Assembly (NCBI GenBank): GCA_963700375.1
Contig: CAVOXF010000007.1
Coordinates: forward strand, 1,010-65,009
DNA: 64,000 nt
Direction of reading: 5' to 3'
Source: an uncultured Actinomycetota bacterium
Lineage (GTDB): Bacteria; Actinomycetota; Acidimicrobiia; Spongiisociales; UBA5794
Position 1 is the first letter of the stretch. Each line of letters starts with the position of its first letter. A program made the position numbers and the translations under genes. The notes under the pieces are model-generated. The model did no database searches. It had not been told where the DNA came from and saw nothing but the letters and a program-made list of their open reading frames with translations. Positions 47,914-58,967 of the stretch are shown here, piece after piece.

Positions 47914-47964
47914 CGTATTCCTCCTGGCTCGGCAACCACTCAGACTACCCCGGCATCGGGTGAG

Positions 47965-49707
47965 CTAGGTCGCCGGTTCCTCGGATTCCGACTTCGGATC
48001 TGACGGCTCGGATCTGTTTTCCTCCGGCTCCGATTCCTCGTCGCTCGGGTGTTCGTCGACCCAGGTGAGGGCCCTGTCGTAAGCCTCGCGCAGGGTCTGG
48101 CCGACCCATTCGTCCGACATGAAGACGTAGTCGGCCCCCACGAGATCCGCGACGCCGGCGACCTTCAACTGCTCATGCATGTTCTCGTCGGCGGACACCA
48201 GCATGAGTTGGTTCCCCTGCTCCTTCAATGCCCGTGCGTACTTCTCGAGGACGTCCATGAACGTCGATCCAAGGTCGCTCCGGCCACGGAGGCGCAGGAT
48301 CACGACCGAGCCTTTGGTCTCCGGCGTGATAGTGGGGAGTTTGTCCTCGAACACCGGAGCCGAGGCGAAGAACAGGCTTCCGTACGGCTGCAAGACGATG
48401 ATCTCGCCGGGAGGTACGTCCTGGGGTCGGTCGGTCTCACGGAGGCGCCCGTCTTCCATGATCCACTGCTTGATGACCACCTGATTCGACTGGTTGATGA
48501 TGAAGAGGATCATCGAAATGCCGACGCCGACAAGCACGGCGTACTGCAACGGGATGACCATGGTGAGGGCAAATGTGACCGCCATGACCGTCGCCTGCAT
48601 CGCCCCGGTCTTCCAGACCGCCTTGATGTTGGCCGGCTTCACCGTGCGGTACCCGACCGTCATCAAGAGTCCCGCGAGCGCCGGCATCGCGATGTATCCA
48701 ACGGCGTCGCCGAACACGAGGATGACGATGGCCATGACAATGCCGGCGAGGATGAGCGCGAGCCGGGATTTCGCACCCGCAGCCTTGACGAGCGAACTCG
48801 CCGACATCGAGCCGCCGACCGGCATCCCCTGGAGGAAGCCCGAAGCGACGTTCGCCGCGCCCTGGCCGATGAAGTCCTGCGACGCCCTCGGATAGGTGCC
48901 ATCCGGGTTCGGGAAGTTTGCTGAGATCCCGGCACCCTGGACGAGCCCTACGAAGGCGAGCGAAAGCGCAGGAAGGATCAGAACAAGGACGAGGCCGAGG
49001 TCCGGCAGCATCGGCAGCGGAAGCGAACTCGGGATGTCGGCGATGTCGTTGAGCGTGGCAATCTCGACGTCGAGGTTTGCGTTGATCGCCCAGGTCGCGG
49101 CAGAGGTCAGCAGGATCGCCACGACGAGCCCGAGCGGCCCGAGCTTGGTTCGTTCGAGGAGCACGATCAGAACGATCGTGGCTGCGCCGATCGCCAGCGT
49201 CGGCCAGTGGACCTCGCCGACATTGAAGATCAGGTCGAACGTCCGAACCACGCGGTTCCCGCCCTCGGCCTCATAGCCCGTGAAGTCGTCGAGTTGCCCG
49301 AGGACGATGTTCACACCGACGGCGTTGATGAAGCCGACCATCACCGCGTTGGACACGAAACGCAGGATCGAGCCAAGCCTGAGCAAGCCGGCAACCAGCA
49401 TCACGATCCCTGTCAGGATCGAGAGTGTGAACAGAGCCCGGCCCGGATCCTCTGCGGTGTGGATCACTGAGACATCGGCGACGACGATCGCCATCGCTCC
49501 GGTCGCCTGCACCGCCATGAACGACGAACTGGTGAACAGCGCACCGGTGACGGTCCCGACCATGTACGCGTAGAGGCCGTACACGGGATTGACCCCGGCG
49601 AGCAGACCCCCGGCAAGGCCGTCCGGGACGCTCTCGACGCCGAGAACAACGCCCGCGACCGCATCGCTCTTCAGCGTCTCTCTTCGGTAGAGGGATCGGA
49701 TGTTCAC
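47965..49707 (-). CDS. SulP family anion transporter with STAS domain
   Basis: VPDGLA..LAGVNPVYGLY, GFINAVG, GQGAAN, GSLFFASA. Confidence 0.93.
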   Translation of the reverse strand: MNIRSLYRRETLKSDAVAGVVLGVESVPDGLAGGLLAGVNPVYGLYAYMVGTVTGALFTSSSFMAVQATGAMAIVVADVSVIHTAEDPGRALFTLSILTGIVMLVAGLLRLGSILRFVSNAVMVGFINAVGVNIVLGQLDDFTGYEAEGGNRVVRTFDLIFNVGEVHWPTLAIGAATIVLIVLLERTKLGPLGLVVAILLTSAATWAINANLDVEIATLNDIADIPSSLPLPMLPDLGLVLVLILPALSLAFVGLVQGAGISANFPNPDGTYPRASQDFIGQGAANVASGFLQGMPVGGSMSASSLVKAAGAKSRLALILAGIVMAIVILVFGDAVGYIAMPALAGLLMTVGYRTVKPANIKAVWKTGAMQATVMAVTFALTMVIPLQYAVLVGVGISMILFIINQSNQVVIKQWIMEDGRLRETDRPQDVPPGEIIVLQPYGSLFFASAPVFEDKLPTITPETKGSVVILRLRGRSDLGSTFMDVLEKYARALKEQGNQLMLVSADENMHEQLKVAGVADLVGADYVFMSDEWVGQTLREAYDRALTWVDEHPSDEESEPEENRSEPSDPKSESEEPAT

Positions 49708-49928
49708 GGGTCACCAACTCTCGGCGGGTGCTCGTCTCGGAACAGGTTCCGGTGAGACTACCTGCCAGTTCGGGGCGGTAGGCCATGACCGCGGCGATTG
49801 TTCGGCCGCCGATCGAAACCGAACCGGTCTTGGGAACACGTCGCCTCGCTCCACGGTTGCACTGCAGGCGCCGCGCGCTGGACCTCGCTCCAGCGGACGC
49901 GGCCCACCGACGCGAGGAGCGGAACACC

Positions 49929-50336
49929 GTGAGCGACTGGAACCAGCAGATCATCGACGAATTCAGAGCAGGCGACGGCAAGGTTGGCGGCATGTTCGAG
50001 GGAGCGCCGCTCCTTCTCCTCCACCACGCCGGCGCCCGAACGGGTACCAGGCGGGTGACGCCCCTGATGTATCAGGCCACCCCAACCGGCTATGCCGTCT
50101 TCGCGTCCAAGGCCGGAGCGGATTCGAACCCGGACTGGTTCTACAACGTGGTGACAAACGCCGAAACGAGGGTTGAGGTCGGATCGGACGCCGTGCCTGT
50201 GACCGCGCGCGTGGCCCGGGGCGACGAATACGACGAGATCTGGAACCGTCAGAAGCAGGAATGGCCGCAGTTCGCCGAGTACGAGCGGCAGACATCTCGC
50301 GAGGTCATCCCGGTCGTCATTCTGGAACGCACCTAG
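49929..50336 (+). CDS. F420-dependent nitroreductase-family (Ddn-like) oxidoreductase
   Basis: WNQQIIDEFR, GARTG.RRVTPL, ASKAG..NPDWFYN, REVIPVV. Confidence 0.92.
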   Translation: MSDWNQQIIDEFRAGDGKVGGMFEGAPLLLLHHAGARTGTRRVTPLMYQATPTGYAVFASKAGADSNPDWFYNVVTNAETRVEVGSDAVPVTARVARGDEYDEIWNRQKQEWPQFAEYERQTSREVIPVVILERT

Positions 50337-50505
50337 CGGTCCGATCGACCCGAGGCATCCGATCTCAGCCGGCCTCTACTGGAGCGGGACAAGCATCTCA
50401 CCGTCACCGACCGGGTCCAGAGACGGTTCCTCACCGGCCGGCAGCACCGGAAGCCGTTCGCGAATCGCGGTCGTATGCAGGAGTTCGAGTTCGAAGATCG
50501 TCCAG

Positions 50506-51765
50506 TCACTCTCGGTCGGCAGGACAGGTCGCTTCCCATGAGCCCTGCGATACGGTGGGAGACGTGGAGGCCAAGCCCGATGGCCGGGTCTTGCCGTCGT
50601 CAGTGCGTGCGCGGTTGAATTCGTCGAAGATGTTTCGCCCATGTCCGGGCGGAACGCCTGGTCCGTTGTCGGCGACCGCCAGCGTGACTCCCTCGCCACG
50701 ACAACCGATCCGGATCTCGACTTGCTGCCAACCGTATCGCGCGGCGTTGCTCATCAGGCAGCGAAGGATCTGTCGAACTCGGATCGGATCGCCGAGCGCC
50801 GCTGCGCCGCGTCGTGAATCGGTTTGTCGTCCGGAGTGCGTGGTGCGCCGGCATCAACCACCGCTCGTGCTTCCTCCGCGAGGGCGACCGATACCGACGC
50901 CACAATCAACGCGTGGATGTCGGTCCTAGCGGCACCCAAGAGGTCCTCAACGATGTCCGCGATCTCGCGAACGTGCTGAACGACGAGGTTGACGATCTCC
51001 ATACCTCCTGGCTCGAGTCCGACAGCCCCCTCCCCAAGGGCCGCTGAGAATCCGAGGACGGCGGTGAGTGGGGTGGGGATCTCGTGGCTGATCGAAGCAA
51101 GGAACTGGTCCTTCGACCCTACGAGGGCCTCGAGATCCTCCATCACCTTGCTCCGCTCCGGAACGATCCGATCATCGCTGCAGCGGTCTGGGGCACACTG
51201 ATGTCCTCGTAGCCCCGCGTTCGGTCGACGCGGTAGTCCGTGAAGCCGATCGAACCGACCCACGTCCCACCGACCGAAATCGGGATGCTCAGTTCCGAGT
51301 GCAGCCATCGTCATCGTGGGTATCGCGTTCCCGCCCAGTGGGGTTGGCGGTATGCATGACGGCGATTCGACCATGCGACGGCGCATCATGGACCTCGGAG
51401 AGGTCGCTGTACGGCGATTCCGTCCGGCTGATCCGCGTCGGCTCATCGGCCTCAATCCAGATCTCCGCATCGACGATGTCTTCGCACCAGGGACGGATCA
51501 CCCCGTGGATCGCACGAGAGCACGGTCCGAGAACGGGGTTGGAGGAGTTCTCATCGACGAAGATGTTCTGCGCCGGCGTTGCGTTGAGGAGAGCCGCCGG
51601 CGCAGCAGTGAGGAAGCCCCCCTGCCCGCCAGTGCCAGACCGTGCCGGACGCGATCTCGAACGTGATGACGGTGAGCGACGCGACAACGCGGAAGACGTG
51701 CCGTACACGCCACATACCCCCGATGCGAACGAGTCCCCGACCGTACCCGACACCGAGCCGCGCAC
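50506..51765 (-). pseudogene. Decayed GAF + HisKA + HATPase sensor kinase
   Basis: Fragments in several frames: ELSIPISVGGTWVGSIGF, KDQFLASISHEIPTPLT, SNAARYG, DNGPGVP. Confidence 0.75.
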
Positions 51766-51997
51766 CTTGTGCCGCGACGATTCCTGCCTCGACGGTCATC
51801 GTATCCGCCAGCCCGCATCCGGCGAGCGTGTTCCCCTCTTGCGGCGGTCGTCTTCGACACGCGCACGCCGAGACCTGAGAACGGGCCCACCGCCTTCGAC
51901 CACTTTCGCGTCGTCGCGGCGAGAATCCCCAGAGCACGAGTCAGGGGGCGCCCTGTGCGGCGCCAGCTGACTCGTGCGTTGGGTTCGACGAAAGGGG

Positions 51998-53488
51998 TTA
52001 CAGGCCGCTCTGGTAGGCGGATCCGGTCAGCTTGGTGAGATCCATCGCATAGAGGAGACAGACGCCGCTGCGGCCCCCTGCCTCCCACCCGTCTTGCTCC
52101 GGCCATGTCCCGGTGATGTCGAGCGCCGACACCTCGTAGTCGCTGCCCACGTATGCAGCGAACCCGTTGAGACACACACTCTGCAGTTCGGTACTCAGAG
52201 CCTCATCGCCCGGGTACGGCCCATCGGCAAAGAGGGTTGTGTAGTAGACCTCGTTGTCGTGCGGATCGGCGCAGGCGATCGTCGTGTACCCGGATCCCTC
52301 CGCGTAGAGCGCGAGCTGGTCGTCGTCGAGGCAATCGCCGACGACCAGATCGGCCGTCTCGCCGCCGCCCGCCGTCGTGTCGGAACCGCCGTCGCCGGCG
52401 GCAACCGTCGTTTCTGGCGTTGAGCCGCCGGCCGTGCCGCCTCCGATGAGGGCAAGCTTCTTGTCGGTATTGAGGGTGCCCTCCATGTACGCGAGTTCGG
52501 AATCGCGCCAGACCTCGATCTGAATCGCGGACTCCGCGTCATGACTCCGAAGGACGTCGCAGTAGTCAGACATCGTCCCGTCCGTCGCTGGGATGAGGCC
52601 TTCGATCTCGCTCACGATATCGCCGCCCCGGATGCCTACGAGATCGGCTGGAGACCCGGAAGCGACTGAGTAGACCCAGATGCCGGACCCTTCTTCGGTC
52701 AGCAGCGCCGAGCCGTTGATGCCGATCGATGTGACGTCCTCACCGGCCTGGAGCATCGGGATGACCTGGCGGGCCTCGTCATACCCGATGGCGAACGTCT
52801 GGCCTTGGTCGTCTCCCGCATAGTTCACGCCCACGACGCGACCCTGGTCGGTGACGAGTGGTCCACCGGAGTTTCCGGGAAGAATGTCGGTCGTGTGCTC
52901 GATGACCTTGTCAACGGAGGCCCAGCTCGTCTCACCGTCGGCGTTCTCTTTCGAGACAATGCCATCGAGGAGGGTGTATTCATGATCGCCGAGCGGGAAG
53001 CCGGCGGCGTAGACGTTGATTCCGACCGCCACTTCGTCGGCGTACCAGGCGAGGTATTCGAACCCTTCACCTTCAACATCTATCACGGCGAGGTCGGAGC
53101 ATTCAGAGACTCCAAGAATCTTGGCGTTGCGAGGTTCGTCCTCGCCGTCGACATAGACCTGGAGAAAGGCGGCGCCGGTAACGACATGGTTGTTGGTCAC
53201 GGCGATCCCGTCCGGACTGATGAAGAAGCCACTTCCGGACGACCCCTCGTTGTAGGAAGTGCCTTCGCCCGGATAGTCAAATGACCCCTGAGCTTCGATG
53301 CGGACGACGGCGCCCCGCACATCCTCGAGGGCCTTGACCGCATTGTCTGCGTCGGCAACGACCACAACCGTGGTTTCGCTATCGGCGGCGTCCTCTCCTG
53401 AGCCCCCACAAGCAGCCGCCACCAGCGCAAGAGCGACCAGAAGCACGCTCAGTTCCACTCGCCGCCTGCCGGACATCTGTGATCTCAT
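51998..53488 (-). CDS. Lipoprotein trypsin-like serine protease with PDZ-like and septum-formation-like domains
   Basis: Lipobox AAAC, GSGF, TNNHV, DLA, GNSGGPL, SPA..GIRGGD; C-terminal VGDC..C..PH..EV..C. Confidence 0.88.
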   Translation of the reverse strand: MRSQMSGRRRVELSVLLVALALVAAACGGSGEDAADSETTVVVVADADNAVKALEDVRGAVVRIEAQGSFDYPGEGTSYNEGSSGSGFFISPDGIAVTNNHVVTGAAFLQVYVDGEDEPRNAKILGVSECSDLAVIDVEGEGFEYLAWYADEVAVGINVYAAGFPLGDHEYTLLDGIVSKENADGETSWASVDKVIEHTTDILPGNSGGPLVTDQGRVVGVNYAGDDQGQTFAIGYDEARQVIPMLQAGEDVTSIGINGSALLTEEGSGIWVYSVASGSPADLVGIRGGDIVSEIEGLIPATDGTMSDYCDVLRSHDAESAIQIEVWRDSELAYMEGTLNTDKKLALIGGGTAGGSTPETTVAAGDGGSDTTAGGGETADLVVGDCLDDDQLALYAEGSGYTTIACADPHDNEVYYTTLFADGPYPGDEALSTELQSVCLNGFAAYVGSDYEVSALDITGTWPEQDGWEAGGRSGVCLLYAMDLTKLTGSAYQSGL

Positions 53489-53696
53489 CCTTCGACCCTT
53501 TCGGTCAGTTCGCTGGCCGTCGCCCGAATCTGGCAACGCGGGCGTCTCTTTCCGCACTGTGCCTCGATGGGTGCAGCGCGACTGTCTCCATACGCTTGTG
53601 TCGGCAAACACAAGCCTGGAGTTGAGCCGAGTATCGGGAGAATCCAGCCTGGACCGGCAAGACCGCGATCGGCGCTTCGGTCGAGGATCCGGAGGG

Positions 53697-54689
53697 TCAG
53701 ACGACGTCGTCAGTCGTCGGAGTGTCGGCCGCGAACCACGCGCCGAGACGGTCGAACCCTTCCGCAAGCGTGATCGCGGGACGCCACCGCAGCGCGCGGC
53801 GGGTCTCACTCTGAGCGAACCAGTGGGCCGTCCCGAGTTGTTCGGCGAGGAAGCTGGTCATCGGCGGATCGCCACTGCTCCCCCGCCGCTCCCAGATCCG
53901 CTCTGCAACGAAGCCACCGCCCCAGGCAACGCGATAGGGAATCCGCACGCGAGACGGCTCGAGACCTGCAGCGAGCACGATGCGGTTCAGGATCTCGCGC
54001 ACCGGACGTGGCTCTCCGTTCGTGACAACGAGCGCCCGTCCACCGATTTCGGGGGCGCGGTCGAGGGAAGCCACGAGTGCGTCGGCCGCGTTGGCGACGT
54101 AGGTCGTGTCGATCAGCGCCGCGCCCGTCCCGATGGTTGGGAGCCGTCCGGAGCGGGCACGCTCGACGATTCGGCCGATGAGTTGCGTGTCGCCCGGCCC
54201 CCACACGAGATGGGGCCTGATGGCAACCACCGCCAGGTCGGGCGAGTCTGCGCCGAGGGCGATCAATTCGCCTTGTGCCTTGCTCCGCGCATAGTTGCCC
54301 CGCGCACGGTCTGGATCGGCCGATCCGGCATGAGCGCCCACGAGCGACTTGCCGTGATAGGCGACCGACGGTGATGAGACATACACGAGCCGCCGGACTT
54401 CGGACGACTTCGCTGCCGCGACGACGTTCCGGGTGCCGATGACGTTGGCGGCTTCGTACTCGGACCATGGCCCGGTCACACCCACACGAGCCGCAAGGTG
54501 GATCACGGCATCGACGCCGCCAACCGCCCCGTCGACGGCGTCGGGGTCCGCGACGTCGCCGAGGTGCTCCGCGAGGTCGGAGAAGCCGGAACGGCGCTGG
54601 AATACCGACACGTCGTCGCCGCGCGAGACCAGTCGCTCGACCACGGCTCCGCCGAGCAGGCTCGTCGCACCGGTGACGAGCACCTTCAT
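53697..54689 (-). CDS. oleD: OleD-like NAD(P)-dependent reductase
   Basis: TGATSLLG, YVSSPSV, YARSK, RPHLVWGPGD; last gene of the ole operon. Confidence 0.85.
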   Translation of the reverse strand: MKVLVTGATSLLGGAVVERLVSRGDDVSVFQRRSGFSDLAEHLGDVADPDAVDGAVGGVDAVIHLAARVGVTGPWSEYEAANVIGTRNVVAAAKSSEVRRLVYVSSPSVAYHGKSLVGAHAGSADPDRARGNYARSKAQGELIALGADSPDLAVVAIRPHLVWGPGDTQLIGRIVERARSGRLPTIGTGAALIDTTYVANAADALVASLDRAPEIGGRALVVTNGEPRPVREILNRIVLAAGLEPSRVRIPYRVAWGGGFVAERIWERRGSSGDPPMTSFLAEQLGTAHWFAQSETRRALRWRPAITLAEGFDRLGAWFAADTPTTDDVV

Positions 54690-57256
54690 ATGCGCCCGAC
54701 TCTCCCACCCGCGAGCACTCGTTCCGCCCATCGGGCGAGCCGTGTTCGGTTGATCTTGGAGTTGTGGCGCTTGTCGACGGGGAGGCGTGGCGCCACGAGG
54801 ACCGCGGCAACGTCGACGTCGGGGGCCCGAGCCCGAACGATGTCGGAGAGGGCCTCGTCGGCCAGACCCGGACGCGACCTGCCCCCAGCGGGCACGATAA
54901 CGACGACGACCTGTTGCAGACCTGCCGGTCCGACTCCGACCACGGCGGCGTGCTCCACTTGCGGGGCGTTCGCCACCGCGTGTTCAATCCCGATGGGAGT
55001 CACGGGACCGTTGGCGGTCGTCACGATGTGACCCACCCGGCCCTCGATCCACAGCCGGCCCTCCTCGTCCAGGTGCCCGACGTCTCCGCTCCTGTGCCAT
55101 CCCTCGGGCTGTGACGCGGCGTGCTCCGTCATCCAGAGCTTGTCGTACCCGTCGCGCATGTGCGGAGCCCGAATGCACACCTCTCCAACGACGCCCGGCT
55201 CAGCCGTCAATCCCGTGTTCACGGGCTCGGCCGCGATGAGCGGATCGATCGCGACGTCGACCGAGGGCAGTGGATGCCCGACGCAGACGCCATCTCCCGA
55301 CCCTGCAGCCTCGATGCCGGCGAGGCTGATGTCCGCCACTGGGAGCACCTCGGTCATGCCGTACGGCGTGTGGGCTTCGGCGGCGGGAAGGAGTTGTCCC
55401 ACGGACCGCAGGATCGCCGCAGGCACCGGAGCCCCGGCCGACATCAGCAAACGCACGTCCTGCATGGACGCCGCGTCCTCTGGAGACATCTGATCCGCGG
55501 TGGCGACCACGTTTCTCAGCGCGGCAGGCGAGGCGAAGACCAGCGTCGCGTCGACGGACTGGACGGCAGCGGCGAGCGCGTTTGCGGTCAGGCTCCCCGG
55601 CGACGTCACCTCCATATCGGGCACCACAGAAGGGATCCCCATCGCCGGGCCGTAGAGCGCGAACGGACCGAACGCGGCCACCAGGCGGTCATCGGACCTG
55701 ATGTTGAAGAGGTCGACGAGGGCGTCGCGTTGCGCCTGCATCTGGTGATGTCGATAGGTGACGCCCTTCGCCGGACCGGTCGCTCCCGACGTGAACCCGA
55801 TCGCGGCTTCGTCGGATGAGGTGGGTGGAGGGGGCACCGGACGCCCGCGACCGTGTTCACGGAGTTCGTCCAGAGTCGCGGCCACCCCGACCATCCGCCG
55901 CTGCGCCCGCGACATCGGAACCGATGAGATGCGAACGCCCGGCCAGCGCAGAGCACGGGCGGCGGCGAGGGCACGGGGAATCCCGATGAGATATGCGGGG
56001 TTCGCGCTCGTCAGCGCCCGGGTCATGCCGCGCACACCAAGACCGGCGTCGGCAACGACCACGACAGCCCCGAGGCGCCAGCAGGCATACACGCAGACGG
56101 CCACGTCGATGCCGGGCGGCACCAGGAGGGCGACCCGGTCTCCCTTCTCGACGCCGAGGTCGGCAAGACCCGACGCGACCCTGTTCACATCCGCGTTGAG
56201 TTCAGCAAAGGAGATCACCGCCTCAGGCCCCTCGGGCCCCATCTCGACGATGGCGATCGCCTCATCGGCAGCGTGATCGGCAAGCGCCCCCCACAGCGGC
56301 GCACGCTCGTGCGCGGCTTCCGACGCGAGCGGGCGGCGGTCGATCTGTTCGAGCCACTCGTACACGACAGGCGCGATGTCGGCGTCTTCCGGTACGAGAT
56401 GACTGGCGCCGATGAAGCGGTGAACATCCGCCTGCGGCAACCGTTCAGCGAAGTCGCGTAGGTACAGATCGGAGAAGACCGGGTCGGACGGCCCCCACAG
56501 CAGGAGCGTTGGCGTTTCCCGCAGGTCGGAGAGGCCGGCGGCGATCCTGTCCAGCGCTTCTGCACTCGGATGGTCCGGACTCAGGGGGATGTCCTCAACG
56601 AACGTAGCGATAGCGGCTCGTCGGTCGGCGCTGCCGTATGGGGCTTCGTAGGCCTCGCGGATCGCGCGGGCCGGGCGAGGTCGGGAGAGGGCCATGGTCC
56701 CGCGAACGAACATCGGAGTCGTTGAGCATACCGTCTTCAGCACCCCGGGTACCCGGACCGTCCGGATCAATCCCGGTGCGGCGGAACCAGCGGGCTGGTG
56801 CACCGCCGTGTTCATCAAGACGAGGCCGGCAACCCGCTCGCGGTGACGCTCCGCCCAGCCGAGGGCGATGGGCCCGCCCCAGTCGTGGGCGACAGCGACG
56901 ATCGGACTGCTGAGATCGAGCTGGTCGCTGAGAGCGGACAGATCATCGACCCGCTGCTGCAAACGGCGTACCGTGCCGGTCCGCTCCGAGTACCCCATGT
57001 CGAGCTGGTCGATCGCGATGACCCGAACGTTGTCCGGCGCCTGAACGATCAGGGCGCGCCAGAGATACGACCAGGTTGGGTTCCCGTGGACACAAAGCAG
57101 CGTGAACGTGGGATCGACGACCTGATTGTCGAGGAGATGCCATGTTCGCCCAACACCGTCGAGATCCGGTGTCTCGATCAGGCGCGACCACTCCGGTTCG
57201 AGGCCGGGGAGGCCGGGTGGTGGCAGAGCGGCGGGCGAGACGGGGCCGGCCGTCAC
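54686..57256 (-). CDS. oleBC: OleBC fusion (beta-lactone decarboxylase + beta-lactone synthetase)
   Basis: HGNPTWS, HDWGG, SHLVPED, followed by FTSGATGPAKG, YGMTE, SGD, PVDKRHNSKI. Confidence 0.88.
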   Translation of the reverse strand: MTAGPVSPAALPPPGLPGLEPEWSRLIETPDLDGVGRTWHLLDNQVVDPTFTLLCVHGNPTWSYLWRALIVQAPDNVRVIAIDQLDMGYSERTGTVRRLQQRVDDLSALSDQLDLSSPIVAVAHDWGGPIALGWAERHRERVAGLVLMNTAVHQPAGSAAPGLIRTVRVPGVLKTVCSTTPMFVRGTMALSRPRPARAIREAYEAPYGSADRRAAIATFVEDIPLSPDHPSAEALDRIAAGLSDLRETPTLLLWGPSDPVFSDLYLRDFAERLPQADVHRFIGASHLVPEDADIAPVVYEWLEQIDRRPLASEAAHERAPLWGALADHAADEAIAIVEMGPEGPEAVISFAELNADVNRVASGLADLGVEKGDRVALLVPPGIDVAVCVYACWRLGAVVVVADAGLGVRGMTRALTSANPAYLIGIPRALAAARALRWPGVRISSVPMSRAQRRMVGVAATLDELREHGRGRPVPPPPTSSDEAAIGFTSGATGPAKGVTYRHHQMQAQRDALVDLFNIRSDDRLVAAFGPFALYGPAMGIPSVVPDMEVTSPGSLTANALAAAVQSVDATLVFASPAALRNVVATADQMSPEDAASMQDVRLLMSAGAPVPAAILRSVGQLLPAAEAHTPYGMTEVLPVADISLAGIEAAGSGDGVCVGHPLPSVDVAIDPLIAAEPVNTGLTAEPGVVGEVCIRAPHMRDGYDKLWMTEHAASQPEGWHRSGDVGHLDEEGRLWIEGRVGHIVTTANGPVTPIGIEHAVANAPQVEHAAVVGVGPAGLQQVVVVIVPAGGRSRPGLADEALSDIVRARAPDVDVAAVLVAPRLPVDKRHNSKINRTRLARWAERVLAGGRVGRI

Positions 57257-58272
57257 CAGCGCAGTTCCATCACCGCTGTGTTGATGCCCGAACCGATGCC
57301 CATCAGCAACACCTGGTCGCCTGGATTGAGGTTCTCGGCCTCCATGGAAAGCGTGATCGGAATCGATGCCGGGCCGACATTGCCGAGGAACGGGAACGTG
57401 AGCGGGACTCTGTTGATATCGATCCCGAGCCGCTCGCAGAGCATGTTCGTGTGCACCTGGGAGATCTGATGGAAGATGTAGCGGTCGGCGTCGAGGTATC
57501 CGTGCTCCTCGGCGTCGCCCCACGCAAGCTTGGAGACCTGAAGCCCCGCTTCCAACAAGGCTCTCGTGTCGGTCTGCATCCTGTCGAGGCTCCCGACACA
57601 GAGCTTGTGGTGGCTGGTATCAGCGTGCGCCATCCCACCAACCACCTGGTGGCTGCCGGGGTTGTCGGAGTAGCGGCCGATGACCGCTGCCGCACCTCCT
57701 GATCCGAGGGTGAGCGAGGCAAACTCGGCAAAGAGGTCGGCCATCGTCGCGTCCGGGCCGGAGAGGCGGGCCAGGGTTGTTTCCTGCAGGGCGCGGCTTC
57801 CCTCGCCGTCGACGATCAACGCGTAGTCGATCTGACCGCTGTCGATCATGTTGCCGGCGACCTGCAGAGCGTTCACGAACCCGAGGCAGGCGTTGGAGAG
57901 GTCGAAGCTGAGGCACGAGCTTGGAAGGTCGAGGGTGTGGTGAACGGTCACCGCCGACGAGGGTTCGAGCCGGTCACGGCAGACCGAGGTGTCGATCAAA
58001 AGGCCGATCTCTTCCACACGGATACCTGCGGCTTCGATCGCCTTCGCTCCGGCGGCCGCTGCGGCATCCGTGAACAGGTATCCCTCGGGCCACCACCGGC
58101 GTTCGCGGATGCCGGCCAGGCTCTCGAGCAGACCCGGTTGAGTCCCGACCCGGGCATAGGTGTCCGCGAGAACCTCGTCGAACTGCGCTGAGGTTACGAC
58201 CTCCGGGGCATCAACATGAGCGACCGAGATCAGGGCGGTATCGGTCATTTCGAACATGGCATTGCCGGACAT
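57253..58272 (-). CDS. oleA: OleA acyl-CoA condensing enzyme (thiolase/KAS III fold)
   Basis: LEPS, NACLGF, LTLGSG, HQIS, GNVGPAS, GIGSG. Confidence 0.88.
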   Translation of the reverse strand: MSGNAMFEMTDTALISVAHVDAPEVVTSAQFDEVLADTYARVGTQPGLLESLAGIRERRWWPEGYLFTDAAAAAGAKAIEAAGIRVEEIGLLIDTSVCRDRLEPSSAVTVHHTLDLPSSCLSFDLSNACLGFVNALQVAGNMIDSGQIDYALIVDGEGSRALQETTLARLSGPDATMADLFAEFASLTLGSGGAAAVIGRYSDNPGSHQVVGGMAHADTSHHKLCVGSLDRMQTDTRALLEAGLQVSKLAWGDAEEHGYLDADRYIFHQISQVHTNMLCERLGIDINRVPLTFPFLGNVGPASIPITLSMEAENLNPGDQVLLMGIGSGINTAVMELRW

Positions 58273-58408
58273 CTGAAGCGTCTTCCTTAGCGGGTAGGTG
58301 CGATTCTCGCAGGGTTCCCGCTCAAGCGGTCACCCCGGGAGTGTTCATCGAGCGGCGCCTTCGGCGATACCTCTTCTTGGTGCGGTGGAGTGGTTCCACG
58401 CCCGATTG

Positions 58409-58481
58409 CTCCGGGGGGGAGACTCGAACTCCCAACAAACGGATTAACAGTCCGCTGCTCTGCCGATTGAGCTACCCCGGA
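58409..58481 (-). tRNA. tRNA-Asn(GTT)
   Basis: TCCGGGGTAGCTCAATCGGCAGAGCAGCGGACTGTTAATCCG..GTTCGAG. Confidence 0.95.
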
Positions 58482-58580
58482 AGGCGCCCGCCGGAGAGGC
58501 GGGCGGCGTGAAGAATACCAGAGGGCAACCCCAACTCCCCTGCCGGACCGACACCACTCCCGATGTGAGACAATCACTCC

Positions 58581-58826
58581 ATGAAGCTCAGAACAGGCCT
58601 CGCTGTTGGTCTTGCTGTCGGGTTCGTGTTGGGCGCCCGAGCCGGCCGCGAGCGGTACGACCAACTCAAGAACGCATACGACGGCGTCCGCAACAGCGCG
58701 ATCGTCCGAAGAGTGACCTCCACCGCGGATCGCTCGACCACCACGGTGCGTCGTGCCGCGGGCCAGGGTCTGATCACAGCGAGCGAGAAGATCAACGAAC
58801 GCGCCGAGACGAACGGTTCGGCGTAG
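58581..58826 (+). CDS. Small actinobacterial membrane-anchored (YtxH-like) protein
   Basis: GLAVGFVLGARAGRERYDQL signature. Confidence 0.8.
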   Translation: MKLRTGLAVGLAVGFVLGARAGRERYDQLKNAYDGVRNSAIVRRVTSTADRSTTTVRRAAGQGLITASEKINERAETNGSA

Positions 58827-58967
58827 GCGTAGCGCTCAGGTCCTATGGGAGCGGTGGCGGTCGAACGGGCCGTCAGCTGCGAGCTACGAGCCGGAATACG
58901 CGGCAGACCTCATCCTCACGGTTCTGGTGCCCGGAGCCCCTTCTGCTGCGGACCGGCTCCTGCTTCG

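Noticed and set aside
53489-53696. Cyclic-dinucleotide riboswitch upstream of the protease
   Set aside because: Hairpins are present, but conserved GEMM/ydaO nucleotides could not be matched by eye; an Infernal search would settle it.
53697-58481. ole operon as an island integrated at tRNA-Asn
   Set aside because: No integrase and no duplicated tRNA 3' end found.
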